Shown in pieces: positions 1 through 7,849 of a stretch of 24,284 bases of DNA. The notes under the pieces are model-generated. The model did no database searches, was not told the origin of the DNA, and worked only from the letters and a program-made list of their open reading frames with translations. Both the position numbers and the translations under genes were made by a program. Source of the DNA: a virus (Duplodnaviria > Caudoviricetes); the IMG/VR virus record IMGVR_UViG_3300012940_000103, positions 1 through 24,284 of that record; one strand, given 5' to 3'. How positions within the stretch are numbered: the stretch's first letter is position 1; each line of letters begins with the position of its first letter.

Positions 1-7
1 GAAGACA

Positions 8-304
8 ATGCAGAAGCCTGACGATATCCCGGAGGACGTATGGGAGACTGCCAGCGAATGCGTTGGCGTCGGCGGTGGATATGAGCTTCGCGGCGTTCTT
101 CACACGCAACGTACGGACATCGCCCGCGCCATCCTTGCCGAGCGCGAACGCTGCGCGAAGGTAGCAGAACGTGACGCCGATTGGTCCAGGTTCGGCAAGA
201 AAGAAATCGGCCAGTGGGAAGGTGGCCCTGACGGCGCCAGAGATTACCGCCTCAGCATTGCCGCCGGTCGCGCCATCGCCTCAGCCATCAGGAGCCAGCC
301 ATGA
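8..304 (+). CDS. Phage early accessory hypothetical protein
   Basis: 98-aa ORF with the ARAILAERERCAKVAE motif common in phage early proteins; stop overlaps the next start (ATGA). Confidence 0.75.
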   Translation: MQKPDDIPEDVWETASECVGVGGGYELRGVLHTQRTDIARAILAERERCAKVAERDADWSRFGKKEIGQWEGGPDGARDYRLSIAAGRAIASAIRSQP

Positions 305-831
305 CCATGAATAAGGATGGGGTGAGCGACGAGGCGCTTGCCGAAATGCTCGCCAATTGGCGCGAGACGTACAGCCTTTCCGCCCAAGAGGCTCGGATGT
401 TCGACCAGATTGATGCCTCGCTTCGTGTCCGCGCCCCAGCCGTGGTGACGGAGGAGATGGTGGAGCTGGCGCAGGAAGCATGGGCCGATGCCTATGATGC
501 CGAATATTTTTCAGACGGCTCGACCAAAGACAATAAGGCGGCGTGCATGCGAGCCGCCCTTGAAGCCGCCCTCTCCGTGCGGGCAGAGCCGGTGGCGGTG
601 AAGCCGCTGGAGTGGCGGTATGTCTGGCACGGCTCGGAGCCCAATCGCGGCTCGAACATCTATCTGACCGACGCGAGCGGGCTGGGGCGCGGCGAACTCC
701 TTTGCAACCTGGGCGCCGATCGACATTGGGAAGCGCGGGCACTCGTAGACCTGCACAACGACGCCATCCGTTCGGCACTGGTGGCCAGCCCCGCCGCCCC
801 TGCGCCGCAGCAAGCGGGAGGCGGGGAATGA
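301..831 (+). CDS. Phage early modular hypothetical protein (VTEEMV / VKPLEW motifs)
   Basis: AGGAG RBS upstream; ATGA coupling at both ends; VTEEMV...MRAALEAAL and VKPLEW segments are typical of mosaic early phage proteins. Confidence 0.75.
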   Translation: MTMNKDGVSDEALAEMLANWRETYSLSAQEARMFDQIDASLRVRAPAVVTEEMVELAQEAWADAYDAEYFSDGSTKDNKAACMRAALEAALSVRAEPVAVKPLEWRYVWHGSEPNRGSNIYLTDASGLGRGELLCNLGADRHWEARALVDLHNDAIRSALVASPAAPAPQQAGGGE

Positions 832-1025
832 CTTGGAGCACCATAGCTACGGCGCCGGAAGGCGTCCCGATCTTGACCAAGATCGATGACGAACTTGGGG
901 TGCGCAACGAACAGGTGCTCGTAAAGCGAACTCGTATCCCAGGAGAGACCCGCCCCATGTGGTGGTTCGAGGACGGGTCCATGTACGTCTATTACGAGCC
1001 GACGCACTGGAGCCCCTTGCCATGA
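828..1025 (+). CDS. DUF551-like small phage protein
   Basis: Restarted at ATG 828 (ATGA overlap): MTWSTIATAP...PTHWSPLP matches the W-x-x-I-x-TAP ... PTHW-x-PLP signature. Confidence 0.75.
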   Translation: MTWSTIATAPEGVPILTKIDDELGVRNEQVLVKRTRIPGETRPMWWFEDGSMYVYYEPTHWSPLP

Positions 1026-1303
1026 CCGATAATCCAACCCACGCGAAGCTGGTGGAGATAAGGCTCCGGGAGCGATGCGGGTTTATGCGCGAGGCTGGGC
1101 TCAATGATGACGCCGACCTTGATCTCGAAGCCGCCTCTTTCCTCGAGAGCCAGGCGTCACGCATCGAAGAGCTTGAGGCGGCGCTACGTGCAGCGTCGGA
1201 AGTGGTAGATGTGGCTGAGAAGCTGGCATCCTGCCGCGCAGACGACGATTGGATATGGAGCGTGCAAGAGATAGTGCGCGCAGCACTCGGAGGTAAGCCA
1301 TGA
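1022..1303 (+). CDS. Phage hypothetical protein with coiled coil
   Basis: ATG 1022 coupled by ATGA; RIEELEAALR coiled coil; ends RAALGGKP. Confidence 0.7.
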   Translation: MTDNPTHAKLVEIRLRERCGFMREAGLNDDADLDLEAASFLESQASRIEELEAALRAASEVVDVAEKLASCRADDDWIWSVQEIVRAALGGKP

Positions 1304-1512
1304 AGCTGAGCCCCATCAGGTCCTATGTGCTCAAGCAATGGGAGTTCTCAGGCTGGGCGGCACCGATCGTCAAGCTGCAGACCCAAGCCGGGGGCACTCA
1401 CATCCGCGCGCTGGTTCGTGCCGGCATGTTGGAGGCCGGTCCCTATGCCGACGAGTATCGCATCACCCCCGCCGGCCGCGCCGCCCTCAAAGCCGCGAGG
1501 GACGGAGCATGA
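1300..1512 (+). CDS. Small hypothetical protein, possible winged helix
   Basis: GGAGG RBS; ATGA coupling; ALVRAGML...YRITPAGRAAL pattern. Confidence 0.7.
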   Translation: MKLSPIRSYVLKQWEFSGWAAPIVKLQTQAGGTHIRALVRAGMLEAGPYADEYRITPAGRAALKAARDGA

Positions 1513-1805
1513 GCGTTTCGCGACCTTTCACGCCGGACCAGGTGGCGGCAATCTGGGGGTGTTCCCCGAACCACGTCAGGAACCTAATCCACAGGGGGGA
1601 GCTGAGGGCTTTCCGTCTGGGCGCAAGGCTGTTCAGAATCCCAGCCGACGCAATCGGGGAGTATGAACAATGCCAAATGAGCCAGCAGAGCTTCGGATCG
1701 GTCGCCTCAAGGGACGATTTGTCGTCTCGTGGTGGGAGGGCGGAAGCCGCAAGCGCTATCGTCTTGACGCACAGTCGAGAACGGCAGCCCAGACAGAAGC
1801 GCTAG
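1509..1805 (+). CDS. xis: Excisionase (MerR-like HTH_17 DNA-binding protein)
   Basis: ATG 1509 after GGAG; FTPDQVAAIWGCSPNHVRNLIHRGELRAFRLGARLFRIP is an excisionase-type HTH; directly upstream of and overlapping the integrase. Confidence 0.85.
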   Translation: MSVSRPFTPDQVAAIWGCSPNHVRNLIHRGELRAFRLGARLFRIPADAIGEYEQCQMSQQSFGSVASRDDLSSRGGRAEAASAIVLTHSRERQPRQKR

Positions 1806-2686
1806 CAGTCTATCAACGCGAGACACTCGCCGCGAACGGCACAACCATTGAAACGTTGTGGGAAGCTTACCGGCAGGAGAAAGCTGGCCGGCGTGTGGCC
1901 GTGGCCATGGGCTTTGAGTGGAAGGCTATGCGGCCGTTTTTTGGGGCACTGCGCCCAGAAGACCTGACCATCGATATGTGCCGGCGTTATACCGCCGCCC
2001 GCCGTGATGCCGGGAAGCAAGACGGCACCATCTGGACGGAACTTGGGCACCTCCGCACGGTGCTGACGTGGGCACATACGCGCCGCCTAATCCCATTTGC
2101 CCCAGCAGTAGAGCGGCCTGCCAAACCGGCACCACAGGATCGCTGGCTGACGCGAGAAGAGTGCTCAAGATTGATCGAGGCGGCGCGCGAGCATCACGTA
2201 AAGCTTGCCATCATGCTCATGTTGGCAACAGCTGGACGTGTCAGCGCCATTCTCGAACTCACATGGGATCGGGTCGATTTCGAAAGGGGCATAGTCAATT
2301 TACGCACCACCGAGGGGACAACGCGCAAGGGCCGCGCCGCCGTTCCTATGAATGCCGGGCTGCGCGCAGCTCTAGCGCGTGCCGAGCATGGGGCGATGAC
2401 CGATTACGTGGTCGAATGGGCCGGACAGCCTATCAAGCGCCTGCGTACAGGCTTCAACGCGGCAGTGGAGGCGGCGGGGCTCATGGATGTGTCTCCGCAC
2501 GTTTTGCGCCACACTGCTGCTGTCCACCTGGCGGCCTCCGGCGTTCCGATGCAGAAAATCAGCCAATACCTCGGGCACAGCTCTACGGCGGTGACGGAGC
2601 GGGTCTATGCCCGATTTGCGCCGGATCACCTGCGCGCCGAGGCGGAGATTCTGGACTTCACCCAGCCCCTTCGGCTGATTGGTTAG
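1670..2686 (+). CDS. int: Tyrosine recombinase / phage integrase
   Basis: Catalytic motifs TAGRVSAILELTWDRVD (R), HVLRHT (HxxR), LGH and RVY (Y); GGGGAG RBS; adjacent to the att core. Confidence 0.96.
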   Translation: MPNEPAELRIGRLKGRFVVSWWEGGSRKRYRLDAQSRTAAQTEALAVYQRETLAANGTTIETLWEAYRQEKAGRRVAVAMGFEWKAMRPFFGALRPEDLTIDMCRRYTAARRDAGKQDGTIWTELGHLRTVLTWAHTRRLIPFAPAVERPAKPAPQDRWLTREECSRLIEAAREHHVKLAIMLMLATAGRVSAILELTWDRVDFERGIVNLRTTEGTTRKGRAAVPMNAGLRAALARAEHGAMTDYVVEWAGQPIKRLRTGFNAAVEAAGLMDVSPHVLRHTAAVHLAASGVPMQKISQYLGHSSTAVTERVYARFAPDHLRAEAEILDFTQPLRLIG

Positions 2687-2897
2687 GTTCACAGAACCCG
2701 CAAGCCGACCGCATGATGCGAGCTAAGTACTTGAAAAATATGGTGGGCCCACCAGGACTCGAACCTGGAACCAGACCGTTATGAGCAGCGGGTGCTCTGC
2801 CTAAACAGGCAGACTCCGGCGCATAGTGCCACTTTTGCAACGAACCTGGCGCAATCGGTTCATCAAGTGTTCCGTTTTTCAGGTTCAGCGAACCTGA
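2685..2897. repeat. GGTTC-N3-GAACC inverted repeats flanking the att core (candidate Int arm sites)
   Basis: GGTTC-ACA-GAACC at 2686-2698 and TCAGGTTC-AGC-GAACCTGA at 2879-2897, plus further GTTCA/GAACC half-sites between about 2842 and 2961. Confidence 0.55.
2741..2786 (-). other. att core (attP-like): 3' half of tRNA-Ile(CAU)
   Basis: Minus strand reads GCTCATAACGGTCTGGTTCCAGGTTCGAGTCCTGGTGGGCCCACCA: anticodon loop with CAT, T-arm, acceptor 3' strand and CCA. No pairing 5' half is present upstream. Confidence 0.9.
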
Positions 2898-3075
2898 GTG
2901 CCGACCGCACGTTCACGATTAACCCCCAGGCCAACGCCAGATCGAACGGAACCCCGTTCACCTGCCAGTGCTTCCCGCAATGCTCAAAGCAGATCGAGAG
3001 CGAGCCGTTGACCCTGTAGGGCGTCCAGTCCTTCACTGGCTTTCGGCAGGTCGGGCAGATTACGGCCCCTTCCAT
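2863..3075 (-). CDS. Small Cys-rich hypothetical protein (possible Zn ribbon)
   Basis: MEGAVICPTCRK...ICFEHCGKHW has CxxC and CxxHC; last ORF of the late operon; weak RBS; its 3' end runs into the att arm. Confidence 0.4.
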   Translation of the reverse strand: MEGAVICPTCRKPVKDWTPYRVNGSLSICFEHCGKHWQVNGVPFDLALAWGLIVNVRSALRFAEPEKRNT

Positions 3076-3314
3076 ATCTGGAGCCCTTGATTGAACACCC
3101 AGATAGTGCCGCTCACGATGGCGAGAATTATCGCCCACCCTATCTTGGCGGCGACGCTATCGATGCCGATGCGGAGCCGGCGAAGGAATCGGAAATCCTC
3201 GCGCGCGGCGTCTTGGTGATCTGGGCCATCGAGGCGAAGGCCGGCATCGGCCAGTTCTTCGCGCATCACCTGCCGCAGCTGGTTCAACTGCTCTTGCGAA
3301 AACCCTCCGCTCAT
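3060..3314 (-). CDS. Lysis-region membrane protein (single C-terminal TM helix)
   Basis: ATG 3314 overlaps the o-spanin stop (ATGA); hydrophobic IGWAIILAIVSGTIWVF. Confidence 0.75.
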   Translation of the reverse strand: MSGGFSQEQLNQLRQVMREELADAGLRLDGPDHQDAAREDFRFLRRLRIGIDSVAAKIGWAIILAIVSGTIWVFNQGLQIWKGP

Positions 3315-3616
3315 TGAGCACCTGAAAGTCGACGGGCGAGGTCTTCGTAATAGGTCACAAGGGCCTCCAAGTTTGCGCCGCAGCGAGTGAGGGCCACTCG
3401 GTCGCGCGCCCATAGGCGTTCCACGTCCGCACGGCTAAGGGCGGCGCCAGGGAGGTCTACGGGAGTGGTGCAGTGGGTGAGATCGGCGGGCAGCGGGCCG
3501 AGCGCGATCCCTGCCCTAGCGGATGGCGTTGAGGCGGCGCACGCTGTCAGCAGAGAGGCACATAGCGCCGCCATCAGGATCGGCAAAAGCCGCCTGGTCG
3601 ATGGTCTGGAGAACAT
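3311..3616 (-). CDS. o-spanin (Rz1-like lipoprotein)
   Basis: Lipobox LLTAC after a hydrophobic signal; Pro-rich mature part; overlaps the i-spanin 3' end. Start may be 3574. Confidence 0.82.
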   Translation of the reverse strand: MFSRPSTRRLLPILMAALCASLLTACAASTPSARAGIALGPLPADLTHCTTPVDLPGAALSRADVERLWARDRVALTRCGANLEALVTYYEDLARRLSGAQ

Positions 3617-3842
3617 TGTCGAGTTCCTGAGATTTGGCGCTGAGCGCGTCGGCCGTCCGCATCAAGTCGCGGTTGGCTATGTCCACGGCCTTGCGGTTGG
3701 CAGCTTCCTGCGCAGCCATGCGGGCCTCGTAGTCGATGCGAGCGGCCTCGCGCCCCGCGCTTTGCCCTTGGGCGTAGGCGGAGACCACGATCACGAGGAC
3801 GAAGAAAGCGGCGCCGAGGACAGCAATAGCCTTGAAGTTCAT
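3516..3842 (-). CDS. i-spanin (Rz-like)
   Basis: ATG 3842 coupled to the endolysin stop; N-terminal TM helix, then coiled coil and a C-terminal CLSADSVRRLNAIR motif. Confidence 0.82.
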   Translation of the reverse strand: MNFKAIAVLGAAFFVLVIVVSAYAQGQSAGREAARIDYEARMAAQEAANRKAVDIANRDLMRTADALSAKSQELDNVLQTIDQAAFADPDGGAMCLSADSVRRLNAIR

Positions 3843-4297
3843 GCAAGGAGCCCCAGCAGGCACCACCTGCGCTCTTCGGCGCGGCGAGCGACGAGGCCGG
3901 GCAATTCGATGCCCTTGGCCCTCGTCCAGCGCGGCAGCTCATTGCAGGCGCCCATAATGTCGCCGGCATTGGCCTTCTTCACCAGCGTGGACGAGCAGAA
4001 GGCCCCGACCCCCACATTGTAGGAGAACGAGACGAAGGCGGCATAGGTGTAGGCCGGCACTTCTACCTTCAGGCACTTGTCGACGCCCTGGGAGAACTCG
4101 ATCAACCGGTCGCCGAGAAGGTCGCGGCATTCGTCCGCCGTCTTCTTGTCCCCCATCTTCACGCCCTTGGTTTCGCCGAAGCAAATGGTTGGGATGCCGA
4201 CCGGATCTCGGTATGCCGCAGTGCGCAGGCCTTCGAACCCAGCAACCATTGCCACGACGGCGGCGAATGCGGCGCTGCCTTTGGTCAGCCGCCTCAT
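3839..4297 (-). CDS. SAR endolysin, GH24 T4-type lysozyme
   Basis: E-x8-D-x5-T triad (FEGLRTAAYRDPVGIPT), FSYNVG and LPGLVARR; Ala-rich N-terminal signal-anchor-release segment. Confidence 0.95.
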   Translation of the reverse strand: MRRLTKGSAAFAAVVAMVAGFEGLRTAAYRDPVGIPTICFGETKGVKMGDKKTADECRDLLGDRLIEFSQGVDKCLKVEVPAYTYAAFVSFSYNVGVGAFCSSTLVKKANAGDIMGACNELPRWTRAKGIELPGLVARRAEERRWCLLGLLA

Positions 4298-4548
4298 GGC
4301 TCGATCTCCGGATCATCCGCGCCCGTCGCCGGGGCCGATGGCAGGTTGTTCTGGACCAGGATGCGTGCCACCAGCGCGGCGGCCGAGCACAGGCCCGCCA
4401 AGGCGCCAAAGAGCCCGGACGGAACGGGGAACACGCCCTCGAAATACGGCAGGGCGACCTCAAGACCGGAAAGGATGCCGACAACGGCAAGGAGCCTTAC
4501 ACTCCATGCGCGCAACAGCACCTCTTTCCAATTGGAAAGAAGCTGCAT
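4294..4548 (-). CDS. Holin (two TM helices)
   Basis: 84 aa, NWKEVLLRAWSVRL motif, two hydrophobic helices; ATGA-coupled to the endolysin; GAGG RBS. Confidence 0.8.
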   Translation of the reverse strand: MQLLSNWKEVLLRAWSVRLLAVVGILSGLEVALPYFEGVFPVPSGLFGALAGLCSAAALVARILVQNNLPSAPATGADDPEIEP

Positions 4549-4570
4549 GAAAACCTCGATGTTAGGGGAG

Positions 4571-4666
4571 CTAGCGCCGCCAGCGATCAGCGTGGCGGTA
4601 AGCTAGGAGGAGGAGTAAAGCGCACGGCGCCAACACTCCGAGCAGGAAGGCGATTAGGCTGGCCAC
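4571..4666 (-). CDS. Putative 31-aa single-TM peptide (absent from the ORF track)
   Basis: GTG...TAG gives MASLIAFLLGVLAPCALLLLLAYRHADRWRR; fills the gap between the tail chaperone and the holin. Confidence 0.45.
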   Translation of the reverse strand: MASLIAFLLGVLAPCALLLLLAYRHADRWRR

Positions 4667-5175
4667 CGCGCGTCGTCCGCATAATCGGCCGGGATGGGGT
4701 CCAGGGCCTTTATGGACCATGAGGCTGCGTAAACCGCCTGAATGCGACTAGCCACCTGGAGCCCCATCACAACCAAATCATCGGGCGTCAGGGCATGGCT
4801 GTTGTTGTCGAAATCGCGGAACTCGGTCGTTTGCGATGAGCCGGCTGCCTTGAGGTACTGGCCGACGCTAGCCAACCCTTGGAGATTTCTCTGCGCGGCG
4901 GCGTCCATGTTGATGGCGATGGGGCCCACAGACACGCTTACAGTTAGGGGCGCTGCGATGCGGCGCTCGCGTTCGGCGTCGATAAGCGCGGCATCAGGTG
5001 GCGGCAATTCTGGAGGCGCCGGGGGATGGAGCGCGCCGTCGCTATAGAGCCAGCCAATCTGCCCCTGCTCATCGGCCACCCAAATATCTCCTGGGGAGGC
5101 CCAGCCTTCCGGCATTTCGCCATCGAATACTGCGACATTGACCACAATGCCGCCTTCCACCTTGCAATAGTGCAT
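4654..5175 (-). CDS. Tail fibre assembly-like protein (DUF4376-like C-terminus)
   Basis: Follows the tail fibre; GQIGWLY..PPAPP N-terminal module, then IDAERERRI...FRDFDN...DYADDARWP. Confidence 0.75.
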   Translation of the reverse strand: MHYCKVEGGIVVNVAVFDGEMPEGWASPGDIWVADEQGQIGWLYSDGALHPPAPPELPPPDAALIDAERERRIAAPLTVSVSVGPIAINMDAAAQRNLQGLASVGQYLKAAGSSQTTEFRDFDNNSHALTPDDLVVMGLQVASRIQAVYAASWSIKALDPIPADYADDARWPA

Positions 5176-5179
5176 GGCC

Positions 5180-6310
5180 TCACTCCGAGCAGAATTCAGT
5201 CACGATTACGCAGCCGCCACCGCCGGCACTGCCGCTCGCGCTTGTGGTGCCGTTGATGATCAAACCGCCGCCGCCTCCACACCCGTATCCGAGCGGGGCT
5301 TCTCCACTGGTTGAGGTGATAGTGAGAACACCACGCGCGCCAGTGCCGAACTTGGAGCTTCCGCCGCGCCCGGTGATGTAACTGTTGTTCGTTGCGTGAG
5401 GCATGCCGACGCCAGAGAACCCAGGCTCGCCAGGCACAGTAAAATCACCAGTGCCAGACCCGCCGCCAAGCGGCGCGGTGCCCGGGGAGCCCGCAGCCGC
5501 GAATGCCCCACCGCCGCCGCCCTTCCCGACGCAGAGGGAACCAAGTGATGAATCGCCGCCAGCGCCGCCAGCGTTGGAGCCTACCCCTCCAGCGCCACCT
5601 GAGCCGATAGTTACGGTCTGGGAAGTGCCTACCTGCGCCCTGGTGAGGGCCTTGTTGGCACAAGATCCGGCCCCGCCGCCGGCCCCGCCAAATGTGAAGC
5701 CAGTCGAACCCGTAGCACCGCCCCCGCCACCGCCTCCGCCCTGAGCCTCCACAAGGCAAAACACCATCTTGGCATGAGGGGTATAGGTGCCGGAGGCGAT
5801 GAATGTCTGCCTGCGGATCACCCTCGCAGGCAGACTATCTGCGCGTTGATACGATAGGCAACGCCAATTGCCGGAACCTTCCGAAACGAACAGCGCGGTG
5901 TCGCCGGCCCCAGTAGCGATGTTGGAGGCTCCGGGAAGGATCAGGCTCGTGCCGTTGTGCGTCAGCGTCAGGGCCCCATCAAAAACGACCTCCCTCACGA
6001 TCCCCGCAGCAGCCGTGCCGAGTGAGGTGATGGTCGTCGTGCCAGTAATGTGAAGATTGCGGCCAGACGCGCCGCCAATGTCCGTTGTCGATGCCGAAGC
6101 TACACTTGATGCCTGCTTGCTAAGCGCATCGTAAGCCGCCGCAGCGGTTGTGGCGCCCGTTCCGCCAGCGGTAACCGGCCTGGCGGCGTTCGCATCTACG
6201 GTCAGGTCGTTGACTAGAGCATTGTGGAGCGAGGACAGAATAGTGGTGTTCGGGGTAGCTTCATTGCTCCCCGGCGGCGGCGAGTAGACGCCGCTTCCGT
6301 CACGAGGCAT
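5180..6310 (-). CDS. Tail fibre / receptor-binding protein, Gly-rich C-terminal domain
   Basis: MPRDGSGVYS N-terminus typical of podophage fibres; ITGTTTITSLG...LILPG module; poly-Gly C-terminal domain; GGAG RBS. Confidence 0.85.
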   Translation of the reverse strand: MPRDGSGVYSPPPGSNEATPNTTILSSLHNALVNDLTVDANAARPVTAGGTGATTAAAAYDALSKQASSVASASTTDIGGASGRNLHITGTTTITSLGTAAAGIVREVVFDGALTLTHNGTSLILPGASNIATGAGDTALFVSEGSGNWRCLSYQRADSLPARVIRRQTFIASGTYTPHAKMVFCLVEAQGGGGGGGGATGSTGFTFGGAGGGAGSCANKALTRAQVGTSQTVTIGSGGAGGVGSNAGGAGGDSSLGSLCVGKGGGGGAFAAAGSPGTAPLGGGSGTGDFTVPGEPGFSGVGMPHATNNSYITGRGGSSKFGTGARGVLTITSTSGEAPLGYGCGGGGGLIINGTTSASGSAGGGGCVIVTEFCSE

Positions 6311-6320
6311 GGGTGATCTC

Positions 6321-7190
6321 CTAGACGAGAGAACGGGCTACGCCGTCCGATGTGCGGTTGCCGAAGTCGCGAGGGCCATTCTGCCCACGAACACCGGCGG
6401 CACCGATGAGCGCGGGCGCGGATGCAGCGCGCATGATGGGCTGGTTGTTGCCGGTCGCATTGAGCCAGGCGGCACTACGCTGGGTGATGGGGTTCATGAG
6501 CCCGCTCTGCCCCTGAATAGGTGTGGCGCTGTTTCGGAAGGCCAACGCCAGCAATTGGCTGGGGTTGATCCGCTTCATGATCTCAGCCTTGGCGTCCACG
6601 TTTCTGGCTGCATGCATCACGGGGGCGACCTGCTGGCCAATGCTGTCGATCCCCTGCTTCGCGCCATCCCATAGCGCAGACAAAAGCCCCGGCTGCCTGG
6701 GTTGAGTGGCGCCTGAAATTGCTCCAACCGCAGAATTGCCCAGGTTAGCGGCATAGGCGCGGGCAAACGCATTTGAGCCTATGCCCTGCTCGATCCCACC
6801 GGGCAGAGAGGTCCATTGGTTGCGCAGTGATGCCGGCACCCGAGAAAGGTCGCCAGCTTCCAGATCACTCTCCAGACTGCGACCTGTATCGCGTCGGTAT
6901 TCGTCCTTTGCGAGCTCCCATGCCACCGCATCCTGCGACGATGGGGAGAAGTCGGATACGCCAGCTTTGGGCGCGTAGGCGTCCCATGTCGAGGCGAGAA
7001 ACTGGTACTTGCCTGCCGCGCTCGACTTCTTCCCTTCATTGGGGCCGGACTTGATTGTCACGTATTCCCTAGGATGGTCGGAATAGTCGGTCAGGCGGCC
7101 TCCCCCATAGAGGATGTCGTAATTTCCCTTGCTCTCGGGGCCAGCGATGGTTTCGAGCAGCGCGCGTGCCACCGGTGACAAATCAGCCAT
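6321..7190 (-). CDS. Virion-associated muramidase (lambda-lysozyme-like domain plus low-complexity tail)
   Basis: LETIAGPES...Y..LYGG...HP...SSAAGKYQFLASTW...DFSPSSQD...QWTSLPG are lambda R-type lysozyme motifs; located in the structural cluster. Confidence 0.85.
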   Translation of the reverse strand: MADLSPVARALLETIAGPESKGNYDILYGGGRLTDYSDHPREYVTIKSGPNEGKKSSAAGKYQFLASTWDAYAPKAGVSDFSPSSQDAVAWELAKDEYRRDTGRSLESDLEAGDLSRVPASLRNQWTSLPGGIEQGIGSNAFARAYAANLGNSAVGAISGATQPRQPGLLSALWDGAKQGIDSIGQQVAPVMHAARNVDAKAEIMKRINPSQLLALAFRNSATPIQGQSGLMNPITQRSAAWLNATGNNQPIMRAASAPALIGAAGVRGQNGPRDFGNRTSDGVARSLV

Positions 7191-7200
7191 TGCCTACCTC

Positions 7201-7229
7201 AAAGAAAAGCCCCGCCTTGCGGGCGGGGC
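7201..7229 (-). terminator. Rho-independent terminator
   Basis: Minus strand GCCCCGCC-CGCAA-GGCGGGGC-TTTTCTTT. Confidence 0.8.
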
Positions 7230-7230
7230 G

Positions 7231-7259
7231 TGGACTCTGTTTTAGCGATCTGGTTTTCT
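7231..7259 (+). promoter_or_regulatory. Possible sigma70-type promoter of the moron
   Basis: TGGACT-N17-TTTTCT with TG just before the -10; weak consensus match. Confidence 0.3.
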
Positions 7260-7286
7260 AAGCGGGGAGCTTGGGGGAGAATTCCA

Positions 7287-7553
7287 GTGTCACAGCGATT
7301 TTTGCCGCCGCTAGAAGCCGATGTTCACTATCGAGTGGCGGACTTCCAATATTTCGAATTCGGCCATCGCGCGCTTCGCCAGGCGGCAGCAGGCGAAGAC
7401 ACCAGTATTCTTCACCTTCATCTGAAAAACAGGACCAGACTTGATCTACCAGTATCGGATGAGGCGTTTGAACATCTACTGGTGACGCTGATGGAGGCAT
7501 TCCCAAACGCGGCCAAAAAGCACGCAAAGCAGAAGTGGCCGAACGGACTGTGA
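7287..7553 (+). CDS. Moron gene 1, soluble hypothetical protein
   Basis: GGGGGAG RBS before GTG 7287 (alternative start 7230); antisense to the late operon. Confidence 0.65.
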   Translation: MSQRFLPPLEADVHYRVADFQYFEFGHRALRQAAAGEDTSILHLHLKNRTRLDLPVSDEAFEHLLVTLMEAFPNAAKKHAKQKWPNGL

Positions 7554-7555
7554 AC

Positions 7556-7834
7556 ATGGTAAAGCCTTCCTATGCTGATCTAGAAGCCAAGGGTGACGAC
7601 GCCGTTTGGCTGAACCTGTCCAGAAACAGATACAATATTGATCAGCGTCACCTTGCCGAACACTGGCTTCACCGCAAGGAACGAGAGCGCGATTCTGCCC
7701 GCGATGCGTCCAATGACGCGACTGCGGCGCTTGCTCGACGTGCAAACAGGATTGCTACAGCTGCGGCGATTATTGCCACGATCTGCACAGTAATAACTAC
7801 CGTCGTAAGCGTCATGGCTTACCTCAAGGGTTAG
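7556..7834 (+). CDS. Moron gene 2, C-terminally anchored membrane protein
   Basis: Starts 2 nt after the previous stop; charged helix, then IATAAAIIATICTVITTVVSVMAYL. Confidence 0.7.
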   Translation: MVKPSYADLEAKGDDAVWLNLSRNRYNIDQRHLAEHWLHRKERERDSARDASNDATAALARRANRIATAAAIIATICTVITTVVSVMAYLKG

Positions 7835-7849
7835 TGGTAAAAGGGCGGA

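Noticed and set aside
2741-2816. Complete tRNA gene
   Set aside because: The 5' anticodon-stem strand and 5' acceptor strand are missing. Upstream GGCAGAGCA looks D-arm-like but belongs to a separate hairpin (TCTGCCT-AAAC-AGGCAGA).
4605-4615. Strong + strand Shine-Dalgarno-like run AGGAGGAGGAG
   Set aside because: No start codon at a suitable distance; it is the complement of CTC Leu codons in the minus-strand peptide.
5190-5745. GCC/CCG-rich repeats as a tandem repeat or DGR variable region
   Set aside because: Explained by poly-Gly codons of the tail fibre; no template repeat or reverse transcriptase is seen in the window.
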